Positions 62,815-64,000 of a DNA stretch of 64,000 nt are shown here, one piece after another. The translations under genes were made by a program, and so were the position numbers. The notes below the pieces were generated by a model, which did not search any database, was not told the DNA's origin, and worked only from the letters and a program-made list of their open reading frames with translations. The first letter of the stretch is position 1. The number at the start of each line of letters is the position of its first letter. The stretch comes from Gnetum montanum (Eukaryota > Plantae > Gnetophyta), in the NCBI GenBank assembly GCA_015680685.1, contig MNCI01000690.1, forward strand, positions 701,888 to 765,887, given 5' to 3'.

Positions 62815-63490
62815 AGGGGTTGCACCAACATCCATCATTGCCATGATCCCTTTAGGACATGTAAAGGAGACACTTATCCTTAAGTTTGGTGAAGTGGATT
62901 TAGCACAAAATTTGTTGGCTAGCCAAGCACCTAGAGAAATCTAAGCAAGGATTTCCGGTGCAAGTTTTATTGATTTATTTATGGCTCCTAGCCCAACCAT
63001 ACCTATTCCAGAGATGATGAATTTCATTGACACCTTTGACAAAGGAGTTAGGAAATTCATCACTCATGTTCACGGTGTTCTTCTCACTCTGGTTGTCAAT
63101 GAATCTACCTTCAGTGACCTCTTTGTAATTTCTTATGAGGGCATGAAGTTTGCAAACAAAGTAGGGAAAGAGGTGGGCCATAGGGAGGAGGTGGAAGCAT
63201 GGCTAAACACTTGGTGTGGTCATGCTAGATTGCCTCTAGACTAGTGCCTAATCATAGAGGTTAATGAGATGCACCAATTATTTTGATCCTGAGTGTTCCT
63301 CAAAGTATTATTACTGAAGAAGATCCTAGCCATTTGATAAGCATGGACCATGAAGAAGGTCTTTACCATGGGTTTTCAATTCAATTGGGCTGTTCACTTA
63401 GCCTCCAAGCTACAAGAGGAGATTGTAAAACTTCAAAATAACCCTAAGATGATATGCCATATGTATTTTACATTTTTATGGTATATCTAA
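62815..63490 (+). pseudogene. Degenerate retroelement accessory ORF (putative plant transposon protein-like)
   Basis: About 220 codons with few stops, ending FNWAVHLASKLQEEIVKL...YFTFLWY. Preceded by intron-like GGTAAGT (about 62608) and TGTAG (about 62816). The family call is tentative. Confidence 0.4.
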
Positions 63491-63556
63491 GGAGGTTCAT
63501 AGAGTTCCTAGTGCTGAAGAAGGATGAAAGATGGGTAATTCATGATCCATCATAAT

Positions 63557-64000
63557 TGATGAGTGGCGAGGTACCCCTACACTCAACCATATGAAACGAG
63601 CGTCGCACGCGCGATCCGGTCGAACTCCGCAGATGGACTAGTTGTGGCACCTAGATAGTTAGCCTTAGGTCGCAGTTCACTGTCTTCCCATCTAGACTAG
63701 TTTTGCATATGTCACGTATGGTTTAGTCTAGATGAGGTGTATGATGTGTCCTAATCTAATGCTACTCCTGAAGGTAGTGGAAAATAATATTAACTAAGCT
63801 AAGCTAAGAGGAAAAGGGTAAGAAAATCTAATCTAGCCTAAGTGCGACAAGCAACCGATTTCTTGATCAACCGTACACATCTTGGACTTCATGCATGACT
63901 TCCACTGGGACTACCAAGCATAGGCCTAGGTACGCCACTGGGATTACCAAGCGCAGACCCCAAATACGCCACTGGGTTACCAAGCGTAGATCCCCCTAGC
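63557..64000 (-). mobile_element. Young family A LTR (3' LTR or solo; runs off the right edge), with about 33-bp internal repeats
   Basis: TGATGAGTGGCGAGG aligns with 1666 onward. CpGs are intact and no PBS is adjacent. CCACTGGG(A)TTACCAAGC occurs three times at 63902-63986. Confidence 0.9.

Overview
AT-rich, strongly CpG/CHG-depleted plant genomic DNA, almost entirely nested and decayed LTR retrotransposons. The host is not identifiable from the sequence; a non-flowering vascular plant is a guess. I found no intact host gene. Recognisable lineages: Athila-like Gypsy (two families), CRM-like chromovirus, SIRE-like Copia, Tat/Ogre-type Gypsy with an archaeal-type RNase H, and a small iMet-primed element. 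Two things stand out. (1) 3614-10252 is a large TG..CA solo-LTR-like unit. Its U3-side region is a co-oriented mosaic of apparently intronless host mRNA fragments (serine carboxypeptidase, a secreted Pro-rich protein, aldehyde dehydrogenase, UvrD helicase, an unidentified C-terminus with 3' UTR). A younger relative with a different U3 block has inserted into it with a perfect GATAC target-site duplication. (2) An LTR element family, present twice, carries an intronless CCR4/nocturnin-type EEP nuclease ORF just upstream of its polypurine tract. All protein assignments are by-eye motif recognition, not database searches. Boundaries are approximate unless a terminus or TSD is quoted.
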